Source of the DNA: Candidatus Saccharimonadota bacterium
GTDB lineage: Bacteria > Patescibacteriota > Microgenomatia > UBA1406 > GWC2-37-13
Direction of reading: 5' to 3'
Assembly: GCA_001790095.1 (NCBI GenBank)
Contig: MGBH01000001.1
Span: forward strand, 690,001 to 722,000
DNA length: 32,000 nt
Shown here piece by piece: positions 16,255 to 23,630 of the stretch. The position numbers and the translations under genes were made by a program. The notes beneath the pieces were generated by a model. The model searched no databases and was not told the DNA's origin. It was given only the letters and a program-made list of their open reading frames with translations. The first letter of the stretch is position 1. Each line of letters begins with the position of its first letter.

Positions 16255-17014
16255 ACTCGTAAAAATCTATCAATTCCTTAAGTATTTTTTTTGCATGAAC
16301 AAGTCCGAAAATATTCTTCCCTGAAAACATGTGGTTTACCCCCTGAATCCTACTATATGTTGCAAATTTAGGATTTTTGAGTGATGAATATGCTAAAAGA
16401 GCGTCATTGATTGGTACGATTTCCTCCGCATAACCTTGGAGTACTTTAAAATAACCGGAGAAGTTTTCAAATTTCGATAAAATCCATTTCTTTGAAGGAT
16501 ATCCTCTCAGCACGGGAAGATTTTTTCTTTTTGTGGAAATCGCCGAACCAATCGCACAAAGTTTGACTACTTGAGGAAATTTTGAAGACAAAATTATTGC
16601 TAAAGTTCCTCCAAGGGAAAATCCAAGCGAATATATTTTGTTTATTTTTTTCGGAAACAATGTTCTTTTGGTTAAAATAAATTTGTAGACTTTTTCTACA
16701 TCATCTAGTTCCTGTCCAAACACTTTCCCCTGGAAAATCTCTTGCCAGTAGTTTAACCTCAAAGCAGGTATTATCTTGGGGTCTGGTTTTCTTGCGGTTT
16801 GATACCAGACGATATGGGGCCGCTCTTTCATGTTTTTTTGTAGCCAAAGAAGGATATGCTTATATCTATCTGTATCTCCAAATGCCTTTTCAAATGCTCC
16901 CCCATGCAAAATAAGTGCTGTTCTTGAACCAAGATTCCCTTGTTTTATATATACACATACTGGCAGTTTTTGATAAGTGCTGGTTAAATGAGAAATAATT
17001 ATTTTATTGCTCAT
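16232..17014 (-). CDS. Alpha/beta hydrolase (esterase/lipase-type)
   Basis: The GFSLGG nucleophile elbow (GxSxG) and the ALILHGG oxyanion-type block are present, along with late D/H candidates (NDAL..., GVNHMF). I took the start at MSNKII (17014). The listed ATG at 17056 would overlap the upstream gene by 53 nt. Confidence 0.7.
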   Translation of the reverse strand: MSNKIIISHLTSTYQKLPVCVYIKQGNLGSRTALILHGGAFEKAFGDTDRYKHILLWLQKNMKERPHIVWYQTARKPDPKIIPALRLNYWQEIFQGKVFGQELDDVEKVYKFILTKRTLFPKKINKIYSLGFSLGGTLAIILSSKFPQVVKLCAIGSAISTKRKNLPVLRGYPSKKWILSKFENFSGYFKVLQGYAEEIVPINDALLAYSSLKNPKFATYSRIQGVNHMFSGKNIFGLVHAKKILKELIDFYEFEIPLYG

Positions 17015-17975
17015 GGGAAGGAAAAAAAATAGGTAACATCTCTGGAAGTAGTTCATACTTTACACCGTTGTAATAGACATCAACAGTTGTGTTTCCTTTT
17101 TCGTCTCTTTTGAGTTTAAAATGAAGATATGAAAGGTAGTCTGGGGCACCGCCTACATCCATAAAAGACTGGATTGGTTCAACAGTGTCGCCATTTCTTT
17201 TACCCAACATGCCCTTTATGATTCCTGCAATATTAAAATCATGAGTTACTCCCATTATAAGTGTGCTCGTATTTGAGATTTGGTTTGGGAGGGTTCCGAG
17301 AACTAGACGTTTTAGATATTCAAGCGGATTTTGTATATATAATCGTACTTCTTCCGGATCAATAAACGTATCATATAGTGTAGATGCTATTTTCAAAGCC
17401 ATGTCTTTTGCAGTTTGGGGAGGAAAATGTCTTTCTAAAAGAGCCGGAAGAACAGAGTTGTCTGTTGCGATGGCTTTCTGAATAGCAGCCACCACAGCTT
17501 TATAATCCTGGCCATACTGATTACATAATGCGCTCATCTCTGAAGAAAGACCCCCACCTTCTTGAAAGATTTTCTCTCCTGCAGCTATTATTTTTTGATT
17601 ATTCCATTGCTTTCCATCTGGTCTTAACCTAAGAGTATTGTCAAACCCTTGCCCTTTTTCCGGTACTTGACCGGTCTTTTTAACCTTAGCAGTCAAACTC
17701 GCACCCTCATCGATAAGTTGTACCGTATGATGTGTTCTTGGTATTGAGGTTCCGGTAAAAAATATTCTGTCATAATGAGATTCAACATGATTTGAATGAA
17801 GGACTGATCTTCCCCATTCACGCGCGCGACCCATACCTTGTGCAGTTAATGCAGGAGACCGACGTTCAGCTATCATCTCAGGAGTCACGGGCTCCCTTTC
17901 AGCATGGCGGACAAAGATCACATCAATAAGAACATTTGTACCTCTTACACTCTCTTTTGCTTCTGGATGACCCAT
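17004..17975 (-). CDS. Histidine phosphatase superfamily protein (branch 1, PGAM-like)
   Basis: The catalytic RH(G/A)E block VIFVRHAERE is followed by PALTAQGMGRAREWG, TSIPRTHHTVQ and the later GVTHDFN. Confidence 0.7.
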   Translation of the reverse strand: MGHPEAKESVRGTNVLIDVIFVRHAEREPVTPEMIAERRSPALTAQGMGRAREWGRSVLHSNHVESHYDRIFFTGTSIPRTHHTVQLIDEGASLTAKVKKTGQVPEKGQGFDNTLRLRPDGKQWNNQKIIAAGEKIFQEGGGLSSEMSALCNQYGQDYKAVVAAIQKAIATDNSVLPALLERHFPPQTAKDMALKIASTLYDTFIDPEEVRLYIQNPLEYLKRLVLGTLPNQISNTSTLIMGVTHDFNIAGIIKGMLGKRNGDTVEPIQSFMDVGGAPDYLSYLHFKLKRDEKGNTTVDVYYNGVKYELLPEMLPIFFPSHEQ

Positions 17976-18006
17976 ATTAATATAATAAAATTGATCTTTG
18001 GAGCAT

Positions 18007-18015
18007 ATTATAGCA
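18007..18015 (-). promoter_or_regulatory. Extended -10 element TGCTATAAT (minus strand), internal to the udk operon
   Basis: The plus strand reads ATTATAGCA, which is TGCTATAAT on the minus strand. It sits in the 49-nt gap before the histidine phosphatase ATG (17975). Confidence 0.4.
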
Positions 18016-18024
18016 AATAATAAC

Positions 18025-20436
18025 TTAGCTTGTCTCTGTCATCTCTGTAAGATGCGCTACTGCTATATTAAGAAGTTTATAGGCTTCTTGGGTATTTGCT
18101 TCATATTGTATTTTTTCTTTCCCTCCATGCCCGTTAGCTTTGTTTTTATACAGTCGGTATAGAATCAGGTAGCGATACACCATAGATATTGCATCAATCG
18201 CTTGTATGCCTAGTTCTGCTTCTCTAACCTCAGATGCATCCATATCTTCAATTCCAATTCGGCTTCGGTATAGCCTATCATACTCACCCCAAAATGCTTC
18301 TGCTTCATCGACTTCTCCATGTACCAATAGGTCGGCATATAAAAAGGCCGCATCCATGCGTTTACTATTGATTCGCCAATCTACCCACGGTGCAACGTCA
18401 AGTATCTGAATTCCACCGTTTACTGCCATATTGTCCATTTTTATATCTCCATGCGCCATAATGGGTTCATGAAAACGGACCCCATACTCAGCAATCACTG
18501 AACCAAATCGGTTGAGGAAAGCTTCTATGGGTTGAGATAGTTCTTCAAGATATGCTGGTTCTTCTTTTAATCGATCACGTAAAATACCTATCTCTCCAGG
18601 TATTGGTTCTCTTCCCTGTATCCTTCCCCCTAATAAAAGTGAGCGGATAAATGTCTCCATTGATTCACCTTCTTCCAAATCAACCTCAGGACAAAACTCT
18701 GGATTAAAATGATAATCGATGATGTATCTTGCAACTTCCCGATATTGTTCTGATGTAGGACGTGCATTGAAACTTTCAGGATTTAGCCTGTCCATTTTAA
18801 TACCCACATCATGAAACCAACCATTCCAAAAATTTTCTGGCTTAGTGATCACTGCTACTGCATTGAGCGACTGTGCCAAAATTCCTAAGACATTTATTTC
18901 ATCTCTAATAAGACCTGTACGATATTCAGGATCACCTATAGGAATAAAATCCCATAGCTCTTTTTCCCTTTCACCTCCATGTAAATATTGTTTAACCACC
19001 TGACCTGGGTTATCAATCTCATGAAATGTTGAGGTTGCTCCTTGGAAATCAAGAGTCTGCCCCAAAGTTACTATCTCTATGGGGTTCTGAATCCTTATCT
19101 CCTCATATACTGCATTACACAGTTCATCAAAGTCTGCTACATCATCTTCTGTATATATTCTTGGGTCAGCATCTACGGGCAGTCTTTGTCCTCCTTTTTC
19201 CAAAGGTTTTTGAGCAAAATTCTGAGCTATTTTGATTGCTTCTCGCTCGCTAGCAAACTTATCAAAGACAGTGTAATCTCCACTCATAACTGCATGTCCA
19301 ATCAATCTAAATAGCTCTACTTGACTTAATGCATTTGAGACGAGAAGATTCCTAAGTGCCGTGTTGTTTGCAAAAAGTGGGTTTTGTAGTAAAAGTGTGT
19401 CTTGACGGTAAGCTTGCCATAATACTCTATATACGTCTGAATCAAGCTTCATTTCTTCTCCATTTCCATTTCCGTTTCCGTTACGAATAAGTTGTAATAT
19501 TTCCTCACGGTGTCCTGATACATGAAATGGCCTGTTTTGTGAGTATTGAGTCAGAAATAACCGTACAAGTGCTGCTTCTGGAGGAATAACCATATCAAGT
19601 ATGTCACCCGCCAAAGCAATATCAGCCGCCAATCTCAAACCCTCCAGTTCTTTGCCTGTTGTGTCTGCAAGAAGAGGTCTTAAGTCTTGTGCTAACTGTG
19701 CTAATTCTTCAGAAAATGTCGCTTCAAAAGCCGGATGTAATCCAATTGAGTTTTCACCCGGTGCTTTTTCAAGACGGGTAAGTTCAACTATATTTTTTGG
19801 CGAAAGTGTAAACTGGTTTAATGTTCCATTTAAAAGAAGACTGTTCAGGTCTTCAGTAGACTGTCCCTCTGCAGATATATCTCCACGAAGCGCCTCGGAA
19901 AATGAAAGTATATCATCGTGTCTTAACATCATCATGGCTGCACCGGCGCAGATTCTCTTTGCTTCAGGGAGCGGCAAACCATTTTCTACGGCGTATTGAT
20001 CAGCCAATGCAAGTATCATGGTTGCGGCACCTCTACCATGTCCTTTTTTTACATTTAACACCGATTGCTTATCCTGACCTCCTCTTAATTCATCCTCATT
20101 ACGTTGTATGCCTAAAAGTTGATCAGCATCATGAAGAGGACCAAACAAGGCAATGGAATCAAGCCAAGGAGTAATAAGCATTCTATTTTCCTGCGATAAA
20201 CCTCGTATAAGAAAATCTGTATGTTTCTGAACGTTTCTAATATGGAAACCATTATGGTCTTGGCTTTCTGGATTTTGAAGAGCTCTGGATAGTACGGGCA
20301 CTATGGGAAGAGGTGAGACACCATGACGATCAACTCTCTGGAGACTACCAAATAACGCAGCTGCTTTTCTTTTTGCTCCGCTCCACAGAGGACCAAATCT
20401 TTCACCTTGTTGTAGTTCTATTGTATTTCCTGCCAT
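18025..20436 (-). CDS. Fusion protein: HD-type phosphohydrolase-like N-domain + aminoglycoside/choline-kinase-fold (APH-like) C-domain
   Basis: The N-terminal third has an H...HD...H...D pattern (FHIRNVQKH, LFGPLHDADQ, GHGRGAA, LRHDDI). The C-terminal third has a kinase Lys strand (QVVKQY), the catalytic loop HGDIKMDN and the metal-binding ILDV...DAAFLYADL. A GNGNGNG linker lies between them. The ATG at 20434-20436 is 1 nt from the udk stop. Confidence 0.55.
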   Translation of the reverse strand: MAGNTIELQQGERFGPLWSGAKRKAAALFGSLQRVDRHGVSPLPIVPVLSRALQNPESQDHNGFHIRNVQKHTDFLIRGLSQENRMLITPWLDSIALFGPLHDADQLLGIQRNEDELRGGQDKQSVLNVKKGHGRGAATMILALADQYAVENGLPLPEAKRICAGAAMMMLRHDDILSFSEALRGDISAEGQSTEDLNSLLLNGTLNQFTLSPKNIVELTRLEKAPGENSIGLHPAFEATFSEELAQLAQDLRPLLADTTGKELEGLRLAADIALAGDILDMVIPPEAALVRLFLTQYSQNRPFHVSGHREEILQLIRNGNGNGNGEEMKLDSDVYRVLWQAYRQDTLLLQNPLFANNTALRNLLVSNALSQVELFRLIGHAVMSGDYTVFDKFASEREAIKIAQNFAQKPLEKGGQRLPVDADPRIYTEDDVADFDELCNAVYEEIRIQNPIEIVTLGQTLDFQGATSTFHEIDNPGQVVKQYLHGGEREKELWDFIPIGDPEYRTGLIRDEINVLGILAQSLNAVAVITKPENFWNGWFHDVGIKMDRLNPESFNARPTSEQYREVARYIIDYHFNPEFCPEVDLEEGESMETFIRSLLLGGRIQGREPIPGEIGILRDRLKEEPAYLEELSQPIEAFLNRFGSVIAEYGVRFHEPIMAHGDIKMDNMAVNGGIQILDVAPWVDWRINSKRMDAAFLYADLLVHGEVDEAEAFWGEYDRLYRSRIGIEDMDASEVREAELGIQAIDAISMVYRYLILYRLYKNKANGHGGKEKIQYEANTQEAYKLLNIAVAHLTEMTETS

Positions 20437-20437
20437 C

Positions 20438-21073
20438 TTATATCTTTCTTTTACTTTCTTTATATAACTGCTCTATCGTATGTATGATCATCTGTACTCC
20501 TATTCTATTGTTTCCTCCCTGCGGGATGATTATGTCAGCGTATTTTTTGTTTGGCTCAACAAACGCCAGATGCATGGGGCGTGACATGGTGACATATTGA
20601 TTGAGAGCATGTTCTAGAGTCCTCCCTCTTTCCTGTATGTCTCTTGTGATCTTTCTCCCAAGTCTTAAGTCTGCATCTGTATCTACAAATATTTTTATAT
20701 CCATAAGATTTCGAAGATCTTCATTTTCAAATATAAGAATGCCTTCGATGATAATGACCTTTTTTGGTGTTAATAAGACTGTTTCCTTTTTGCGATTTGA
20801 TATGGTGAAGTCGTATTGAGGCATCTCGATGGATGTGCCTGCAAGTAGTTTTTTTAGGTGTTTAACTAACAGTTTGGTATCAAGTGAGTTAGGATGATCG
20901 TAGTTAACTTTTGCCCTCTGTTCTAAAGTAAGATGAGATTGATCTTTATAATAATTGTCATGGGCGATGAAGATAACCTCATGTTTGAAGTGGTCTCTGA
21001 TTTTTTGGGTTACGGTTGATTTACCTGAACTCGTGCCTCCCGTTATACCAATGATCAGCGGTCTTTTTTTCAT
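20438..21073 (-). CDS. udk: Uridine kinase
   Basis: The blocks IIGITGGTSSGKSTV (P-loop), YDHPNSLDT, IIEGILIF and VDTDADLRLGRKITRDIQERGR are present. I took the start at the ATG at 21071-21073. The track's M at 21077-21079 is a TTG codon. Confidence 0.9.
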   Translation of the reverse strand: MKKRPLIIGITGGTSSGKSTVTQKIRDHFKHEVIFIAHDNYYKDQSHLTLEQRAKVNYDHPNSLDTKLLVKHLKKLLAGTSIEMPQYDFTISNRKKETVLLTPKKVIIIEGILIFENEDLRNLMDIKIFVDTDADLRLGRKITRDIQERGRTLEHALNQYVTMSRPMHLAFVEPNKKYADIIIPQGGNNRIGVQMIIHTIEQLYKESKRKI

Positions 21074-21162
21074 ATCCAAAAAAAATCCCTCCGATTCGGA
21101 GGGTTATTGTAATAGGCTATTTTCCTGCAGAAAATTGCTGCAAAAAATAGGGCTTCATCCAT
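21070..21162 (-). CDS. Candidate 30-codon leader ORF (uORF) of the udk operon
   Basis: The ATG at 21160-21162 is preceded by AAGGA with a 7-nt spacer. It translates to MDEALFFAAIFCRKIAYYNNPPNRRDFFWI. It reads through both arms of the hairpin, and its TGA (21070-21072) overlaps the udk ATG as ATGA. It is below the size cut-off of the ORF track. Confidence 0.3.
   Translation of the reverse strand: MDEALFFAAIFCRKIAYYNNPPNRRDFFWI
21078..21103 (-). promoter_or_regulatory. Intrinsic-terminator-like hairpin plus U8 tract immediately upstream of the udk ATG (candidate attenuator)
   Basis: The minus strand reads CCCTCCG-AAT-CGGAGGG-A-TTTTTTTT-GGAT-ATG. This is a perfect 7-bp GC-rich stem with a 3-nt loop and eight U residues. 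The 3' arm contains the only GGAGG in the leader. Confidence 0.55.
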
Positions 21163-21181
21163 AATTTTATCCTTAATATAT

Positions 21182-21209
21182 ATTATAACTTATAAAAGCT
21201 GAGAATCAA
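21182..21209 (-). promoter_or_regulatory. Sigma70-type promoter candidate (TTGATT-16-TATAAT, minus strand) for the udk operon
   Basis: On the minus strand, TTGATT lies at 21209-21204, followed by a 16-nt spacer and TATAAT at 21187-21182. This predicts a leader of about 100 nt. Confidence 0.4.
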
Positions 21210-21281
21210 TATACATTTAGTATGTAGAACTATATCAATTTTGAAAACGCTTTTTTTTCTATAAGAGATTATAATTATATT

Positions 21282-21716
21282 ATGGATCAAAAAGAACAGC
21301 TTCCCCCTATTGTGCAAGGACACTCTCCTCAAGGACCTGAGAGACAAAGAAGTGTCTTAGAAGAAATCCGCTGCTTACGACATGCTTATTCTGATCAAAT
21401 ACCAAAAGATATCGTTCACAGCAATGGAGATAATCCGTACACAAAGGCGCGAAGAGGTTGGTGGACCGCACTGATTGGAAATCTGCAACTTGCAATGAGG
21501 ACAGGTGAGGTACAGGATGAAACGCTCATTGACCTTATCAAACGATTCTCTGCTTGGTATACTAATCCGCAACATCTTTCAAGTAAAGCTCTTACTACGG
21601 CAGATGATATCCGTCACGCTAATGCAATGATAACTATGGTACTAGGAGAAAAGGATGAGGTAAAGAAAAAGGAAGCCCTACAAGCGCTTTCATTTTTGTT
21701 TGATGAAAATGAATGA
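21282..21716 (+). CDS. Hypothetical protein (144 aa), no recognisable motif
   Basis: This is a clean ORF in an otherwise non-coding gap. TATAAT at 21270-21275 lies 6 nt before the ATG, giving a leaderless-type layout. Its composition is Lys-poor and Gln/Arg/Ala-rich compared with most genes here. Confidence 0.6.
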   Translation: MDQKEQLPPIVQGHSPQGPERQRSVLEEIRCLRHAYSDQIPKDIVHSNGDNPYTKARRGWWTALIGNLQLAMRTGEVQDETLIDLIKRFSAWYTNPQHLSSKALTTADDIRHANAMITMVLGEKDEVKKKEALQALSFLFDENE

Positions 21717-21727
21717 TGAGATATGTC

Positions 21728-21736
21728 TGATATAAT
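21728..21736 (+). promoter_or_regulatory. Extended -10 element TGATATAAT upstream of tRNA-Leu
   Basis: A TGnTATAAT element lies 22 nt upstream of the tRNA-Leu 5' end. Confidence 0.4.
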
Positions 21737-21758
21737 TTAAATGCTTTAAGCGAGTAAT

Positions 21759-21841
21759 GCCGGGGTGTTGAAATGGCAGACAAGCAAGTCTCAAAAACTT
21801 GTGAGGGCAACCTCGTGAGGGTCCGACTCCCTCTCCCGGCA
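21759..21841 (+). tRNA. tRNA-Leu (anticodon CAA), class II, no encoded CCA
   Basis: The acceptor is GCCGGGG/TCCCGGC (one G-U pair). The anticodon arm is CAAGT-CTCAAAA-ACTTG. The long variable arm is GAGG-GCAA-CCTC. The T arm is GAGGG-TCCGACT-CCCTC. The discriminator A is followed by CTT. Confidence 0.85.
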
Positions 21842-21876
21842 CTTCGTCCCGCTAAAGCGGGACTTAGTGTGAACAC
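21842..21876 (+). repeat. Conserved tRNA 3'-trailer element, copy 2
   Basis: CTTCGTCCCGCTAAAGCGGGACTTAGTGTGAACAC differs from 11047-11080 by one inserted T in the loop and two substitutions. The substitution at 21871 (G for A) lies in the loop of the second hairpin, and the one at 21865 (T for C) lies in the linker between the two hairpins. Confidence 0.8.
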
Positions 21877-21895
21877 TTGCATAAACCATATTGCA

Positions 21896-23590
21896 TTACC
21901 AACTTCCTCCTCCCCCACCCCCACCTCCTCCTCCTGAAAATCCTCCTCCTCCAAATCCTGAAGAATGACCTGTTGATGAACGGACAGGAGTCGCTGATGA
22001 CCGAAATGTTGAAAATGAGGAATGCATACTGCTTAATAAATAGGCAGTGGTAAAACTATGATTGTCATATCCCTGATACCAGTCTGGGTTATGAAGAGGG
22101 ATATCTTTAAATCGATTTGCCCAGACCTTTTCAACGCCAAATGCCACTGCATAGGGCAAAAGTTTTTCAAAAAACATCTGATTTCTCGCTTGAAATTCAA
22201 GCTGGCGTTCTTGCGTGACCAAAAAGTTCTTGAGGGATTTGCCCACATTGGCTTGCCCTGCGCCAAATGCAGTTTTGCGCGGCATTACACGTGCAAATAT
22301 AAAAGCTACAATAGCAAGAAATATGTTGCCGGTAAATAACGCCACGCCTGCTATGACATACCAGATAGTACGAATAGTGTTTGGATTATGGGGGAAAAAT
22401 CCTTGAGCAGTCATATCTTCATAAAGCATCGTGGTAACTTTTTCAATAGGTGCCACCAGCTTTGCATCCTTAAGTCTTACCTCATCTTTACCTCCAGAAA
22501 AAATTCCATCATATAACTTTTTTTCAAATGGCTGTAATATGTCTTTATCATTCTTTCTTTCTTCGCGAATAAAATAAAAGTCTCCTTTTTTCTTCTCAAC
22601 AAGCTTAAAATATCCCCGTCTTGCAAGATCGATGACGCCTGCAAATATGTCTTTCATATCCACCTTCTCATCTACCAACATACCAGTCTCAGACGGTGTT
22701 AGGAAGCGACCTTTATTGTCTTTGGGCGGATCAAACCAGGCGCGCACTTCACCTGTTGTGGTCTTTGGATCACGCCCTTTCATCCACCAATAAAGCGGTA
22801 TTCCAAAGGGCAAGCCCATATACCAAATAAAGGCTAGTTGAGCCACGATAAGCATCACTATTTTTCCAAAGATAGTATCAGTAAATCTCACAACAAGTTT
22901 TGGTTCAACAACCGCGATAAATCCTGGAGGAAGACTGATCACCCCGGTCAAGCCTTGGTGTGAAGATAAACTTTGAGTGATCTGTCCAATGATCTTATTA
23001 TCTCTTAGTCTGGTCTCACAGTTTTTATCAGTACTGCCATAACTGCCAGTGAAACAATCAACCCTTATCTTATCTTGAGGAATATCAGGCGGAATCACTA
23101 CCTCATATTGCGCATTTTCAATAAAAACATCCCACTTATCACCTGTCATATTCCAATACAGTTCATCATGTTCAGAAAAATATCGCATTGCTCCCCTAGC
23201 TTGGTAGGTAATGATATATGTCTTTAATCCTGTGACAAATCTGTTGGCGTCACCGATCTTGATACGAAGTATCTCTCCTCCCATTGAAGGAGTAGTGTAA
23301 TGATATGGATTACCCGTCTCATCCAACACTGAAACTATCTGAACTTCAAGGCGATATTTTTTTCCGTCCTGATTGAGAATAACGGTTGAGATGTCTCGAT
23401 AAATACCGTGTTTGCTTAAAGAACCAAAATCATACTCAATACGCTCTTCTACACGTATAGTTGCATCTTTTTGAACCGAAATCTTTGTATTAAAGTTATT
23501 GATACTTTCTGCTTGAACAAGGTTAGGAAAAATAGTGAATAAAAAAGAGAATGCAAGAAAAAAAAAGCCTCGTTGAAGTGATTGTTTCAT
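21896..23590 (-). CDS. DUF2207-family membrane protein with Gly-rich C-terminal tail
   Basis: A signal peptide is followed by INNFNTKISVQKDATIRVEERIEYDFGSLSKHGIYRDI, the typical DUF2207 N-terminal block. Internal TM helices and a terminal GFGGGGFSGGGGGGGGGGSW tail are also present. Confidence 0.8.
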   Translation of the reverse strand: MKQSLQRGFFFLAFSFLFTIFPNLVQAESINNFNTKISVQKDATIRVEERIEYDFGSLSKHGIYRDISTVILNQDGKKYRLEVQIVSVLDETGNPYHYTTPSMGGEILRIKIGDANRFVTGLKTYIITYQARGAMRYFSEHDELYWNMTGDKWDVFIENAQYEVVIPPDIPQDKIRVDCFTGSYGSTDKNCETRLRDNKIIGQITQSLSSHQGLTGVISLPPGFIAVVEPKLVVRFTDTIFGKIVMLIVAQLAFIWYMGLPFGIPLYWWMKGRDPKTTTGEVRAWFDPPKDNKGRFLTPSETGMLVDEKVDMKDIFAGVIDLARRGYFKLVEKKKGDFYFIREERKNDKDILQPFEKKLYDGIFSGGKDEVRLKDAKLVAPIEKVTTMLYEDMTAQGFFPHNPNTIRTIWYVIAGVALFTGNIFLAIVAFIFARVMPRKTAFGAGQANVGKSLKNFLVTQERQLEFQARNQMFFEKLLPYAVAFGVEKVWANRFKDIPLHNPDWYQGYDNHSFTTAYLLSSMHSSFSTFRSSATPVRSSTGHSSGFGGGGFSGGGGGGGGGGSW

Positions 23591-23601
23591 AGTACATCTT
23601 T

Positions 23602-23630
23602 ATTCTAAACCAAGGCTTTTCTAATTGCAA
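23602..23630 (-). promoter_or_regulatory. Promoter candidate for the DUF2207 gene (TTGCAA-17-TAGAAT, minus strand)
   Basis: The minus strand reads TTGCAA (23630-23625), a 17-nt spacer, TAGAAT (23607-23602), then 11 nt to the ATG at 23590. The -35 hexamer is palindromic and shared with the plus-strand promoter. Confidence 0.4.

Noticed and set aside
19462-19482. Hexanucleotide tandem repeat (ATTTCC/GTTTCC x3.5) encoding GNGNGNG in the 803-aa protein. A similar case is the G-run-coding CCT/CCC tract at 21899-21960.
   Set aside because: Both are short in-frame low-complexity linker or tail codings, not CRISPR, VNTR-scale or regulatory repeats. At most they are potential slippage sites.
19601-19999. 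The 132-aa plus-strand ORF, and many other 60-100-aa ORFs antisense to long genes (for example 1172-1453, 3165-3473, 4515-4784, 8935-9320, 12683-13096, 22058-22406, 26920-27183).
   Set aside because: All are fully embedded in much longer, motif-bearing ORFs on the opposite strand or in another frame. Their products are low-complexity or Ser/Pro/Leu-rich, as is typical of shadow frames.
21077-21079. The TTG start for udk implied by the ORF track (MDMKKRP...).
   Set aside because: An ATG two codons downstream (21071-21073) gives the usual MKKRPLIIGITGG N-terminus. It also coincides with the stop of the leader ORF. The TTG lies inside the U-tract/GGAT spacer.
11081-21841. The two ~35-nt direct repeats next to tRNA genes could be attL/attR of a 10.8-kb genomic island.
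   Set aside because: There is no integrase, excisionase or other mobility gene between them. The interval contains core functions (tRNA-Val, Clp-like ATPase, tmk, dcd, udk). Each repeat abuts a different intact tRNA rather than a duplicated tRNA 3' end. A conserved tRNA trailer element explains the data better.
21634-21954. The 106-aa minus-strand ORF overlapping tRNA-Leu and the end of the DUF2207 gene.
   Set aside because: It runs antisense through the tRNA and trailer repeat, and out of frame over the poly-Gly tail of the DUF2207 gene. It has no start context, so I treat it as an artefact.
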